A stretch of DNA of 64,000 bases. Origin: Candidatus Latescibacterota bacterium (lineage in GTDB: Bacteria > Latescibacterota > UBA2968 > UBA8231). Below are positions 42,639 to 51,927 of the stretch, piece by piece. The DNA is taken from assembly GCA_965206595.1 (NCBI GenBank), contig OZ242214.1, forward strand, positions 3,424,001-3,488,000, written 5' to 3'. A program made the position numbers and the translations under genes. Positions within the stretch are counted from its first letter, which is position 1. Every line of letters begins with the position of its first letter. The notes under the pieces were generated by a model that searched no databases, was not told where the DNA came from, and saw only the letters and a list, made by a program, of their open reading frames with translations.

Positions 42639-43028
42639 ATGAGTTCGGAGAAATGCGCCATCCATGCTGGCAGGAGCCACCAGAACAGAGACCAACGCCG
42701 TCCGTTGGATCCGACCATATATAAACTTCCAGAAAGCAGTACCGGTGTAGGGGCAAAAAAGTGTGCCTACTGCGCGTATCTGCTTGGAATTAATGAGACC
42801 ATAAAATCGGTCGAAAAGGCGTTGGAGATTGGCCAATTTCCGAAAGGACGCGGAGGCGCCTTTCACAACAGAAGGCTTATGGAAGAGGCCATAAAAAGCT
42901 CGTTTCAGTTAGGCTTAGGAAACCAGGAAAGTTATAAAGAATACCTCGAAGAATTTGTAGACCAACATTTCCCCAACATGGGAGATGACGAACGGGAACA
43001 ATGGATCGATAAACACGAAACACCGTGA
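42639..43028 (+). CDS. Hypothetical protein with Cys/His cluster
   Basis: GGAGG RBS; 'CAIH...H...KCAYCAY'; low GC. Confidence 0.6.
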   Translation: MSSEKCAIHAGRSHQNRDQRRPLDPTIYKLPESSTGVGAKKCAYCAYLLGINETIKSVEKALEIGQFPKGRGGAFHNRRLMEEAIKSSFQLGLGNQESYKEYLEEFVDQHFPNMGDDEREQWIDKHETP

Positions 43029-43111
43029 AGGAACCTTTGCCTTGAACTTTCTCGAGAACCTGCTGCGCGGATGCGCGGAGGATTCGCCCGAAGAATTGGG
43101 GGGAGTATCAG

Positions 43112-43285
43112 ATGATTGAAGATCCTGTTGTTGAGGAAATTCGCCGGCACCGTAAAGTCCATGCTGCCGAACATGGAAATGACCTTGGGCGCATTGTTCA
43201 AGCACTCCGCAAGCGCGAACGGGAATCTGATCGTCCGCTGCTAAATCCAGGGCCAAAGAAGCAACCAAACCCAACCGAGGGCTGA
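43112..43285 (+). CDS. Small antitoxin-like protein (57 aa), not in the ORF track
   Basis: MIEDPVVEEIRRHRKVHAAEHGNDLGRIVQALRKRE...; preceded by an overlapping remnant '...SPEELGGVSDD*' like a PIN-toxin C-terminus. Confidence 0.6.
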   Translation: MIEDPVVEEIRRHRKVHAAEHGNDLGRIVQALRKRERESDRPLLNPGPKKQPNPTEG

Positions 43286-43287
43286 TA

Positions 43288-43360
43288 TTCAACCGGCCCC
43301 TGCTCTACCTGATGGGGGACGGTTCCACCTGCTCGAGCTGGCTCATCGCGGCCGGAAGAG
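43288..43360 (+). repeat. Degenerate copy of 44490-44563 (internal part of the downstream gene)
   Basis: TTCAACCGGCCCCTGCTCTACCTGATGGGGGACGGTTCCACCTG... vs TTCAACTGGCCCCTGCTCTACCTGATGGGGGGCGGTTCCCACCTG... Confidence 0.85.
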
Positions 43361-43555
43361 CGCCCCTCCGCCGCCGTTGCGAAAATCCGGGCCGCGTTCG
43401 CCGTCGAATAGGCGGCGCAGCCTGCGATCCGAAGAGCTTCTCGCGCGGCGGACAACATCCGGACCGACACGAGCCGCCACCTGGCGGCGCGCTTCGCGAC
43501 TCGACAGCCACTCCTCCCATTTCCAGGAAACCTTGACCGGCTCAGTCGAGCTCAC
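43343..43555 (-). CDS. Small hypothetical partner of the nucleotidyltransferase
   Basis: Start overlaps the stop region of the upstream gene; MSSTEPVKVSWKWEEWL... Confidence 0.35.
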   Translation of the reverse strand: MSSTEPVKVSWKWEEWLSSREARRQVAARVGPDVVRRARSSSDRRLRRLFDGERGPDFRNGGGGALFRPR

Positions 43556-44135
43556 GTTTCACCTCGGCCTTCAGGCCGGTCATCTGTTCGGCGACGCCGA
43601 AAGAGGGCAAGGCCGCCAACCGGTCTACCTCGTCCCAATCGACCGGCGTCCGCCCCGCGAGACAGACCGCGAGCAACTTTTTCGCGGCATCGCGCGCCTC
43701 GCTGTCGCTCGCTGGATAGAACGCCGAAAGCACCCGCTCCACGAGAACCTGCTCCACGGGAATGATCGATATCCTCCCACAGGGTGTGTCGATCTCACGA
43801 CACGCCGTGCGCGCTTCGTTTTCCAGCAAACCGAGTAGATCGACATACAGGTCGCCGACCAGCCAGCTTCGGGGGCCGCCCGTCGCCTTCAACTTGCCCA
43901 TGAGATCCTGCGCCTGGCGCAGCGGTACCGGTTGCGGATTCAGGCGGCATAAATCGATGTCGCCGGACATGTACGCTCCTTCGGTGTAGAACTCCACGGC
44001 GGAGCCGCCGACGACGACGAGCTCCCAGCCGGCTTCCCGGAAAACACCGGTTACGAGCCCGGCGAGCTTCAGGGCTTTCTCGAGCAGGTCTTCGGTAGCC
44101 TGGATATCCTGCAGGGCTGAATCTATCGAGTCCAT
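43542..44135 (-). CDS. Nucleotidyltransferase-fold protein (DUF6036/AbiEii-like)
   Basis: 'VVVGGSAVEFYT.G.Y.SGDIDL' (GG/GS...DxD motif). Confidence 0.72.
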   Translation of the reverse strand: MDSIDSALQDIQATEDLLEKALKLAGLVTGVFREAGWELVVVGGSAVEFYTEGAYMSGDIDLCRLNPQPVPLRQAQDLMGKLKATGGPRSWLVGDLYVDLLGLLENEARTACREIDTPCGRISIIPVEQVLVERVLSAFYPASDSEARDAAKKLLAVCLAGRTPVDWDEVDRLAALPSFGVAEQMTGLKAEVKRELD

Positions 44136-44300
44136 ACTGAAAAGGGTACCGGCGGCAGCGGACGCCGGCAACGCCCTTGCAGTGTCGGCACCGCATCGCT
44201 CATCTCTGCCTGTTGGGTTCGTATAGCGTGGGGTATAGATTAGGTCCCCACTGAAAAAGAGCGAGCCCTGCTCTTCTCTCTCGAAATCGGAGGACCTGAC

Positions 44301-46208
44301 TTGGAAACGATCCGCGCCACCGTGCCCGTGACCCGGCCCCCCTCCTGGGCGGTGCAGCAACGCCACCTGATGGCGGCGATGAAGGAGGGCGTCCACCCCT
44401 TCGTCGACCGCTACGTGCGCGACAACGGCGAGTTCATCTGGGACGACGCCTGGGGCGGGGGCAGCCCGGACGACTACTACGAGCCGTACTTCAACTGGCC
44501 CCTGCTCTACCTGATGGGGGGCGGTTCCCACCTGATCGAGCTCGCCCACCGCGGCTGGGAGGGGGTGACGCGGCAGCTGACCCGCTGCGGCACCGTTCAC
44601 AACGAGTACCACAAGGCCGAGGACGTTTTCCACATCTCCGAGAGCGACGCCTTCTTCTACCACCTCTGCCTCGCCGATCCGGCCGATGGCAGCCTGCGTC
44701 TCAGGGCGCGCAAGTTCGCCGGCTTCTACACCGGCGACGATCCCGAGGTCAGGAACTACGATCCGGAGAAGCGGATCATCCTGTCGCCGATCAACGGCTC
44801 CGGGGGGCCGAGCTACCGCGACGATTCCCAGCGCGACTCCCTCCACCGCGGCAGCGAGCGCTACGGCATTCCGTTCTACGACCTGCCCGGCATCTCCTCC
44901 TGGAGGGACACCGAGGATAACGCCAGGGCGCTGGAGATGGGCCGCGCCGCTCACGACCGTTGGGCCAGGGGGGACGTCATCCACAACCTCGCCCAGACCA
45001 CCCTGGCGACAAACGCCTTCCTGCTTACCGGCGAGGAGAAGTACCGCGACTGGGCGGTCGAGTACACCGATGCCTGGTTGGAGCGCGCCCGGGCCAACGA
45101 CTGGATGATCCCCGACAACGTCGGCCACTCCGGCGCCGTCGGGGAGTACATCGACGGCAAGTGGTACGGCGGCCTTTACGGATGGACCTTCCCGCACGGC
45201 TGGTACAACATCCAGATGGCCGTGCTCGCCGCCGCGGGCAACGCCCTCCTGCTCACCGGCGACGACGCCTACCTCGAGCTGCCGCGGCGCCAGCAGGACC
45301 GCATCTTCGAGCTCGGGGAGCAGCGCCACGTCCGCGGCGAGCACATGAGCCTCGAAGAGCACTGGATCGGCCAGTTCACCGCCATGGGAGAGCGCGGCGA
45401 AACCTTCCTCGTCCCCTACCGCTACGGCGACGCCGGCTGGTTCGACTGGCAGCCGCTGTCGCCGATCTTCCCCGCGGCGCTGTGGAACCTGTCGATGGCC
45501 GACGGCGACTGGGAGCGGATCGAGGAGGTGCGCGCCAGGGAGGCGTACGACTGGAGAGAGGTGGTCTGCTTCCACAGCAAGGAGGACGCCGGCCACGAGC
45601 AGCCCTGGCTGCGCTTCCTCGCCGGGGACAACCCCGATTTCCCCGAGCGCATGCTGCAGGCCGCCCACCAGGAAGTCACCCGCCGGCTCGCCCTGGTGCG
45701 CGGCGAGACCGAGGTCGGCACGCGCCACAACATTCACCTGTGGCAGGAGGTCAACCCGGTCAGCTCCGAGGCCCTGATCCAGCAGACCCTCGGGGCGCCG
45801 CAGCCGATCTACAACGGCGGCCTCCTGCACGCGCGCCTGCGTTACTACGATGCCCGCGCCCGCCGCCCCGGCCTGCCTCCCGACGTCGCCGCCCTGGTGA
45901 CGAAGCTCGAGGCCGGGCGGACCACGGTGCGGCTGGTCAACCTGAACTCGAACGCCGGCCGCGAGCTGGTGATCCAGGCCGGCGCCTACGGCGAGCACCG
46001 CTTCTCCGGGGCGCAGTACACCGCCCTGGAGAGCAACTACCCCGGCCCCCCGGCCCACTACGTGGGGCCGCCGGTTACCGAGGCGACGCGGACCGCGGAT
46101 TTTGCCGGCAAGTACCTCGGGGTCGAGCTTCCTCCGGGCACCGAGATCACCATCGACCTCGCCACCGACCGCTACGCCGGCCAGCCTTCCTGCGCGAGCC
46201 TCTACTGA
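44301..46208 (+). CDS. Conserved hypothetical protein (probably alpha/alpha-toroid), paralog 1
   Basis: Strong coding bias; GGAGG RBS + TTG; clear paralogy with 46290-48236. Confidence 0.8.
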   Translation: METIRATVPVTRPPSWAVQQRHLMAAMKEGVHPFVDRYVRDNGEFIWDDAWGGGSPDDYYEPYFNWPLLYLMGGGSHLIELAHRGWEGVTRQLTRCGTVHNEYHKAEDVFHISESDAFFYHLCLADPADGSLRLRARKFAGFYTGDDPEVRNYDPEKRIILSPINGSGGPSYRDDSQRDSLHRGSERYGIPFYDLPGISSWRDTEDNARALEMGRAAHDRWARGDVIHNLAQTTLATNAFLLTGEEKYRDWAVEYTDAWLERARANDWMIPDNVGHSGAVGEYIDGKWYGGLYGWTFPHGWYNIQMAVLAAAGNALLLTGDDAYLELPRRQQDRIFELGEQRHVRGEHMSLEEHWIGQFTAMGERGETFLVPYRYGDAGWFDWQPLSPIFPAALWNLSMADGDWERIEEVRAREAYDWREVVCFHSKEDAGHEQPWLRFLAGDNPDFPERMLQAAHQEVTRRLALVRGETEVGTRHNIHLWQEVNPVSSEALIQQTLGAPQPIYNGGLLHARLRYYDARARRPGLPPDVAALVTKLEAGRTTVRLVNLNSNAGRELVIQAGAYGEHRFSGAQYTALESNYPGPPAHYVGPPVTEATRTADFAGKYLGVELPPGTEITIDLATDRYAGQPSCASLY

Positions 46209-46289
46209 CGACCGGGGCCGCCCTGCCCGGAACGGCCTGCCGAACGGAAACGCCCGGAAAACGCCGGCGCTTCACCGAATGAGGAATCC

Positions 46290-48236
46290 ATGCCCAACGA
46301 CACCCTGATCACCGCCGACCTGCCGTCGGTCTCGCAGCCCAACTGGGCGCTCTGGGAGCGCGCGCTGTTCGACGCCATGGACGAGTCCGTCTTCCCCTAC
46401 CTCGAGCACTTCACCCGCGACGACGGCGAGTTCATCTGGAAGGACGAGTGGGGCGGCGGCAGCCACGACGACTTCTACGAGCCCTTCTTCAACTGGCCCA
46501 CCCTGTACCTGATGGGTGGGGGCGACCACCTGCTCGGCCTCGCCCACCGCCAGTGGAACGCCGTCACCCGGCAGCTGACCCGGCTCGGCACGGTCTACAA
46601 GGAGTACGGCCTCGACGCCGACAACATGCACCAGTCGGAGAGCGACATCGCCTTCTACAACCTCTGCATCGCCGACCCGCTGAACCCGATCAACGAGGTG
46701 CGCGCCCGCCGCTTCGCCGGCTTCTACCTCAACGAGGACCCCGAGGCGATCAACTACGACCCGGAGCTGAAGCTCGTCTTCAACGGCCACCACGGCAGCC
46801 GCGGGCCTCACTACCGCTCGATGTCCGAGCGCGAGAACGCCAGCTACAGCCCGCTCGGCGGCAGCATGGAGCGCTACAACCTGCCGTTTTTCGATCTGCC
46901 CGGAATCGAAAGCGTCCAGGACCTCGCCGACCCGGCCAAGGCCAGGGCCATGGGGCAGGCCCTGTTCGACCGCTGGTACAAGGGGGACACCCCGACCAAC
47001 CTGTCGCTGACCTCGCTGATGACGAACGCCTTCCTGCTGACCGGGGAGGAGAAGTACCGCGACTGGGTGGTGGAGTACACCGGCGCCTGGCACCGGCGCG
47101 CCCGCGACAACGGCGGCCTGCTGCCCGACCAAGTCGGCCACAGCGGCCAGGTCGGCGAGTACCTCGGGGGCAAGTGGTACGGCGGCGCCATGGGCTGGAC
47201 CTTCCCACACGGCTTCCTGACCATGCAGTTCGCCGTTCTCGACGCCGTCGCCAACGCCCTGCTGATCACCGGCGATCGCGACTGGCTCGACCTTGCCCGC
47301 ATGCAGCAGGAACGCATCCTCGACATGGGGGAGATGCGCGAGATCCGGCGCGGCGAGATGAGCGTCAGCGAACGCTGGGTGGAGCAGTTCGACGCTCTCG
47401 AGCCGGGACAGAAGACCCTGCTGGTCCCCTACCGCTACGGCGACGCCGGCTGGTTCGACTGGCAGCCGATGCTGTCCGTCTACCCGGTGACCCTGTGGTA
47501 CCTGTCGATGGAGGAGCGGGACTGGCAGAGCGTCGAGCGGGTGCGCGAGGGGGACGTACACGACTGGAACTCGGTGTTCGCCTTCCACAACAAGGAAGAC
47601 TCCGGCCACGAGCAGCCCTGGGTGCGCTACCTGGCCGGGGCCAACCCCGACTTCCCGGAGCGCATGCTGCACGCCACCCACCAGATCGTCAACCGCCGCA
47701 ACGCCCTGGTGCGCGAGGACGAGGACGTCGGCACGCGCTTCCATATCCACCAGTGGCAGTGGGGCAACCCGCTTTCGTCGGAGGCGCTGATCCAGCTGAC
47801 CATGGGCGGGCCGCAGCCGATCTACAACGGCGGCCTCCTGCACGCCCGGGTACGCTACTACGACTGCGAGCGCCAAAGGCCGGGGCTGCCCGAAGAGGTC
47901 GGCGCCCTGGTGGAGCAGCTCGAAGCCGGCCGCACCGTCGTGCGCCTGGTAAACCTGAACACGGCCGAATCGCGCCGCCTCGTCATCCAGGCCGGGGCCT
48001 TCGGCGAGCACCGTTTCGGAAAGGCCACGTTCAGCGGCCGCAGCAGCGACTGGCCGGGCGAGCTGGGGGGCTACGCCGGCACCTACGCGCCGCCGCCGCT
48101 GCAGGCCGAGGAGCGAACCGTCGAGGTCGGCGGCTCACACCTGACCGTCGAGCTCCCCCCCGGCATGGAGATCCGCCTCGACCTCGAGACGGAGCGCTAC
48201 GTCAACGAGCCCTCCTTCCACAACGGACCGTTCTAG
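46290..48236 (+). CDS. Conserved hypothetical protein, paralog 2
   Basis: Shared motifs 'DDxYEPxFNWP.LYLMGG', 'GKWYGG..GWTFPHG', 'KED.GHEQPW', 'YNGGLLHAR'. Confidence 0.82.
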   Translation: MPNDTLITADLPSVSQPNWALWERALFDAMDESVFPYLEHFTRDDGEFIWKDEWGGGSHDDFYEPFFNWPTLYLMGGGDHLLGLAHRQWNAVTRQLTRLGTVYKEYGLDADNMHQSESDIAFYNLCIADPLNPINEVRARRFAGFYLNEDPEAINYDPELKLVFNGHHGSRGPHYRSMSERENASYSPLGGSMERYNLPFFDLPGIESVQDLADPAKARAMGQALFDRWYKGDTPTNLSLTSLMTNAFLLTGEEKYRDWVVEYTGAWHRRARDNGGLLPDQVGHSGQVGEYLGGKWYGGAMGWTFPHGFLTMQFAVLDAVANALLITGDRDWLDLARMQQERILDMGEMREIRRGEMSVSERWVEQFDALEPGQKTLLVPYRYGDAGWFDWQPMLSVYPVTLWYLSMEERDWQSVERVREGDVHDWNSVFAFHNKEDSGHEQPWVRYLAGANPDFPERMLHATHQIVNRRNALVREDEDVGTRFHIHQWQWGNPLSSEALIQLTMGGPQPIYNGGLLHARVRYYDCERQRPGLPEEVGALVEQLEAGRTVVRLVNLNTAESRRLVIQAGAFGEHRFGKATFSGRSSDWPGELGGYAGTYAPPPLQAEERTVEVGGSHLTVELPPGMEIRLDLETERYVNEPSFHNGPF

Positions 48237-48284
48237 TTTTCGCCGTATCCGGGTATTTCATCACGAAGGTAATGGTCTCACAAG

Positions 48285-48593
48285 ATGCTCGATCTGGTCT
48301 GGATACAGGACAGAATCAGAACGGGTCAGTACTACGTTTCGAAACATGGCGATCAGGAAAGACAGAACGACAACCTGTCTCTCGCTGAAATTGAAGAAGC
48401 CTTGCTTTCGGGCCGGCTCCTCGAGTGGTATGAAGACACGGGCCGGGGAAAAAGTTGCCTGGTTGCAGGATTCACCGCACAAGGCAAACCGTTACATATT
48501 GTGTGCGGCGAAATGGACAATCGCGTTGCCATAATTACGGTTTATATTCCGATGCCACCGAAATTCAAAAACCCTTACCAAAGGGGTGCATGA
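48285..48593 (+). CDS. DUF4258-family protein (putative toxin)
   Basis: 'YYVSKHG..ER', 'LLEWYED..RG.SCLVAG', 'PLHIVC', 'IITVY.P'. Confidence 0.8.
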   Translation: MLDLVWIQDRIRTGQYYVSKHGDQERQNDNLSLAEIEEALLSGRLLEWYEDTGRGKSCLVAGFTAQGKPLHIVCGEMDNRVAIITVYIPMPPKFKNPYQRGA

Positions 48594-48853
48594 TGCAGAC
48601 AGGGTGTTCGTTTTGTGGTCACAGGGAACTTGAGCCTCGCGAGACTCAGTACATTTACCGGCACGATGGGCAGTTTCTCATTGTGGATGACGTTCCCTGT
48701 CTCAAGTGCTCGTACTGTGGTGAACAGTATTTCGAAGCTCGCGTATTGAAGGGTATAGAAAAGAAATTCAACGAGCTCCACGTCCATGGAAGCAAGGCGA
48801 GCAAGGCGGTTCAAGTTCCCGTTGAACACTTCCTGGACCTGCACCAGGTCTGA
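48590..48853 (+). CDS. YgiT/MqsA-type zinc-finger protein (putative antitoxin)
   Basis: 'CSFCG...IVDDVPCLKCSYCGEQYF'; ATGA overlap. Confidence 0.82.
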   Translation: MMQTGCSFCGHRELEPRETQYIYRHDGQFLIVDDVPCLKCSYCGEQYFEARVLKGIEKKFNELHVHGSKASKAVQVPVEHFLDLHQV

Positions 48854-48863
48854 AGTATCCCCC

Positions 48864-48960
48864 CTGACCGTCAAACTTCCCCCCGGCATGGAGATCCACC
48901 TCGACCTCGAGACGGAGCGCTACGTCAACGAGCCCTCATACCGCAACGGGCCTTTCTTAG
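48864..48960 (+). repeat. Diverged direct repeat of the last ~96 bp of the gene ending at 48236
   Basis: Aligns with 48141-48236 at roughly 90% identity (LTVELPPGMEIRLDLETERYVNEPSFHNGPF vs LTVKLPPGMEIHLDLETERYVNEPSYRNGPF). Confidence 0.9.
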
Positions 48961-49085
48961 CGGAGAACCACCCCCCGCAAACGGCCGGGGAGACAAACTG
49001 AGGCCGCAGGAGGCCCTGGTTCCGGCGAGTCTCCGGCGCCCGGATGCTCCACCCTAGGCCTGGCGCCTCGTAGGGAAGGACCCGG

Positions 49086-50072
49086 TCAGGAACGCTGGAT
49101 CATCTCGATGATGGGCCCTTCGAGCTTGCTCATCGGGTGCTCGAGCGCCTCGGCCCGCATCTGCTCCAGCCGCTTCGACGCCTCGACGTGGCCATCGGTG
49201 AACTCCTTGACGAAGGCGCCCCCCATGATGTCGTCGACGAGGAACGAGCGCGCCTTCTCGCGGATCTCGTCGTTGAGCAGCTCCTTCGCCCTTGTCATGG
49301 TCCCGTACTGGCTCGTCGTCGAGTGGTAGCGCATCTGCTTGTAGATGCCGTAGCGCGCCATCAGCGAGAAGACCTCGGCGTTCTCGGTCGAGGCGTAGAG
49401 CACCATGACGATCTCCTCCGGAGGGAGACCCTTTTCGACGGCGAGCTCGAAGCAGAACTCGAGCCAGGCGTGGATACCGGCCCACACCACCTGTTCGGTG
49501 TAGAGGTTGACGTACGCTTCTCCGAGGAATGAGGACTCGTAGATCCCCGCCCGCGTCAGCCCCATCCCCTTGCACAGGGCCATCGCCGTCTCGCGCGCCG
49601 TGCCGGTGGCGTCCCGCTCCACCGCGAACTGCCCGACGACGCCGTCGCCGGCCTCGTAGCGCTCACGCACGATGTTGCCCATCATGATCGGGGCGATCAT
49701 GATGGCGTCGGCCTCCGCGGGCGGCGCGATCACCTTGTAGCCGACATTGTAGCCGCTGCCCCAGCAGAGGGTGTTCCCCGCCTCGATGCCCGGGGCTATG
49801 TGCTCGTCCCAGATGAAGGGCATCGACTCGTCGGTGGTCAGCACCAGCAGGATGTCCCCCGCCCCGGCCGCCTCGAGCAGCGGCACCGGCTCCCATCCTT
49901 CCTTCCTCGCCAGCTCGCCGTACTCGTCGTCGCGGTTGCCGACGATCACCTCCATGCCGCTGTCGCGCAGGTTGAGGGCCTGCGCCCGCCCCTGGTTGCC
50001 GTAGCCGAGAACGGCAATGGTCCGCCCCTGCAGAACGTCGAGGGTCACGTCGTCGTCGTGGTAGATCTTCAT
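49086..50072 (-). CDS. Ketol-acid reductoisomerase-like (IlvC-family) protein, divergent
   Basis: 'AVLGYGNQGRAQALNLRDSG', 'HSTTSQYG', but altered metal-binding motifs. Confidence 0.8.
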   Translation of the reverse strand: MKIYHDDDVTLDVLQGRTIAVLGYGNQGRAQALNLRDSGMEVIVGNRDDEYGELARKEGWEPVPLLEAAGAGDILLVLTTDESMPFIWDEHIAPGIEAGNTLCWGSGYNVGYKVIAPPAEADAIMIAPIMMGNIVRERYEAGDGVVGQFAVERDATGTARETAMALCKGMGLTRAGIYESSFLGEAYVNLYTEQVVWAGIHAWLEFCFELAVEKGLPPEEIVMVLYASTENAEVFSLMARYGIYKQMRYHSTTSQYGTMTRAKELLNDEIREKARSFLVDDIMGGAFVKEFTDGHVEASKRLEQMRAEALEHPMSKLEGPIIEMIQRS

Positions 50073-50182
50073 GATCGCTCTTCTCCCGGGTTTTCAGTCG
50101 CGTTAGCTTTGCCAACGGACCAGGTTTTCCGCTTACGCAAGCGATACCGCGCGGCGCGGGCAAGCCGCCCAGGAGGCACGGG

Positions 50183-50992
50183 ATGATTACCAGTCTGACC
50201 CCATCGCAGATCGACGCATACGAAGAGGACGGGTATCTCCTGCTTCCCGGTTTCCTCGACGATGGGGAGCTCGAGCGCTGGCGCCGGGCCGTCGACGACG
50301 GCGTCGCCCGTCTCGTCGGCAACGCCGACCCGGAGATCAAGCTCTTCGACAACCAGAACCGCGACGACTACTACAGGGACGTCTTCGTCCAGTGCGTGAA
50401 CATGTGGAAGGGGAGCGGGCTGGTGCGCGAGCTCGTCCTCGACGAACGGCTGGGCAGGCTGGCGGCCGAGCTCGTCGGCGCCTCGGGGATGCGCCTGTAT
50501 CACGACCACGCGCTGATAAAGAAGCCGTGGGCCAACCCGACCAACTGGCACCTCGACAACCCGTCCGACCCCTACTTCTCGCACCAGTCGACGATGCTGT
50601 GGATCGCTCTCGACGATGCCACCCTGCAGAACGGCTGCCTCTACTTCCTCCCAGGCTCCCACAAGTCGAGCCGTTTCGAAAGGGTGCCGGCGCTGAACGA
50701 GACGCGGATCGACGCCCTCTTCGAGCACTACCCGCAATGGCGCGGGATCGAACCGGTCGCCGTCGAGGCCAGGGCCGGGGACGCCGTCTTCATCAGCGGC
50801 CTGATCGCCCACGCCGCGGGGCCCAACATGAGCCGCCGGCCGCGGCGGGCTTTCGCCATCCTCTTCATGCCGGAAGGGGCGGCCTTCAGCGGGCGGCAGA
50901 GCGCCCTTCCCGACGCGGTCTTCTCCCGCCTCGAGACCGGCGACGTCATCGCCGACGACGAGCACCTGCCGCTGCTCTGGTCCCGGAGCTGA
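50183..50992 (+). CDS. PhyH-family dioxygenase
   Basis: 'WHLDNP', 'WIALDDATLQNGCL.FLPGSH', 'H.AGPN.S.RPRRA'. Confidence 0.9.
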   Translation: MITSLTPSQIDAYEEDGYLLLPGFLDDGELERWRRAVDDGVARLVGNADPEIKLFDNQNRDDYYRDVFVQCVNMWKGSGLVRELVLDERLGRLAAELVGASGMRLYHDHALIKKPWANPTNWHLDNPSDPYFSHQSTMLWIALDDATLQNGCLYFLPGSHKSSRFERVPALNETRIDALFEHYPQWRGIEPVAVEARAGDAVFISGLIAHAAGPNMSRRPRRAFAILFMPEGAAFSGRQSALPDAVFSRLETGDVIADDEHLPLLWSRS

Positions 50993-50996
50993 AGCG

Positions 50997-51764
50997 ATGC
51001 GCAGGAACGAGGTTCTCGAGAAGCTGCGGGCGGACCGGCCGGTCCTGGGGGCCATGCTGGGGCTGGGATCTCCCAATGTCGCCGAATTGATGGCCATGGC
51101 CGGGTACGATTTCCTCATCATCGAGACCGAGCACAACGGCCTCGACAGCGCCCAGGTCGAGCACATGCTGATGGCCGTCGGCCAGGAGGCGGTCCCGATC
51201 GTGCGCGTCCCGAGCGCCGACCCGGTGTCCATTCAGCGGTCGCTCGACATCGGCGGTATGGGCATCCTCGTGCCGATGGTGCGCACCGCCCAGGAAGCCG
51301 CCGCCATCGTCGCCGCCACCCGCTACCCGCCGGAAGGCACGCGCGGGTTCGGACCCCTGCGCGCCTCGCGCTACACCTTCGACTACGACGACTACTACGC
51401 CAGCGCCAACGAAAACATCCTCGTCGCCCTGATCGTCGAAACCAGGGAGGCGCTGGAGAACCTCGACGAAATCGCGTCGGTCCCCGGGATCGACGCCCTC
51501 TTCTTCGGGCTCTTCGATCTCTGCCTGTCGCTGGGGCTCAACCCGATGCAGCAGCCGTTCCCCGAGCTCGAGGAGGCGATGGAAGCCGCGGCGGAGACCG
51601 GAAGAAAGCGGGGCGTTGCGATCGGCGTCGGCGTCCCCTCGTCCGAGGAGCTGCGGCGCCGCAACGACATGGGCTTCAGGTTTCACGTGTACGGCACCGA
51701 TTACATGCTGCTCGGGGCCGCGGCCAGGGCCGGGGTGGAAGCGTTCCGCAGCCTGGAGGAGTAA
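50997..51764 (+). CDS. HpcH/HpaI aldolase family protein
   Basis: 'DFLIIETEH', 'PIVRVP', 'RYPPEGTRG', 'VET.EALENLDEI', 'DL.LSLG'. Confidence 0.9.
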   Translation: MRRNEVLEKLRADRPVLGAMLGLGSPNVAELMAMAGYDFLIIETEHNGLDSAQVEHMLMAVGQEAVPIVRVPSADPVSIQRSLDIGGMGILVPMVRTAQEAAAIVAATRYPPEGTRGFGPLRASRYTFDYDDYYASANENILVALIVETREALENLDEIASVPGIDALFFGLFDLCLSLGLNPMQQPFPELEEAMEAAAETGRKRGVAIGVGVPSSEELRRRNDMGFRFHVYGTDYMLLGAAARAGVEAFRSLEE

Positions 51765-51927
51765 GGGCTTTCAGCGGCGTCGAATCCGGGGTACGACTCT
51801 TCGTGGCGGCAAAACGTCTCGCCTCTGCTTCGAACCTGCCGAAGGGCAGTGCACGCAGGTGGGTCGGAGGACGATTGAGACTGGGGACACGTTGGCGACA
51901 CCGGTTCTCCGACGGATCCCCCCTCCG

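Noticed and set aside
40617-44135. Integron cassette array
   Set aside because: No convincing attC (RYYYAAC...GTTRRRY) sites between genes; the recombinase at 32927 is Cre-like, not IntI-like
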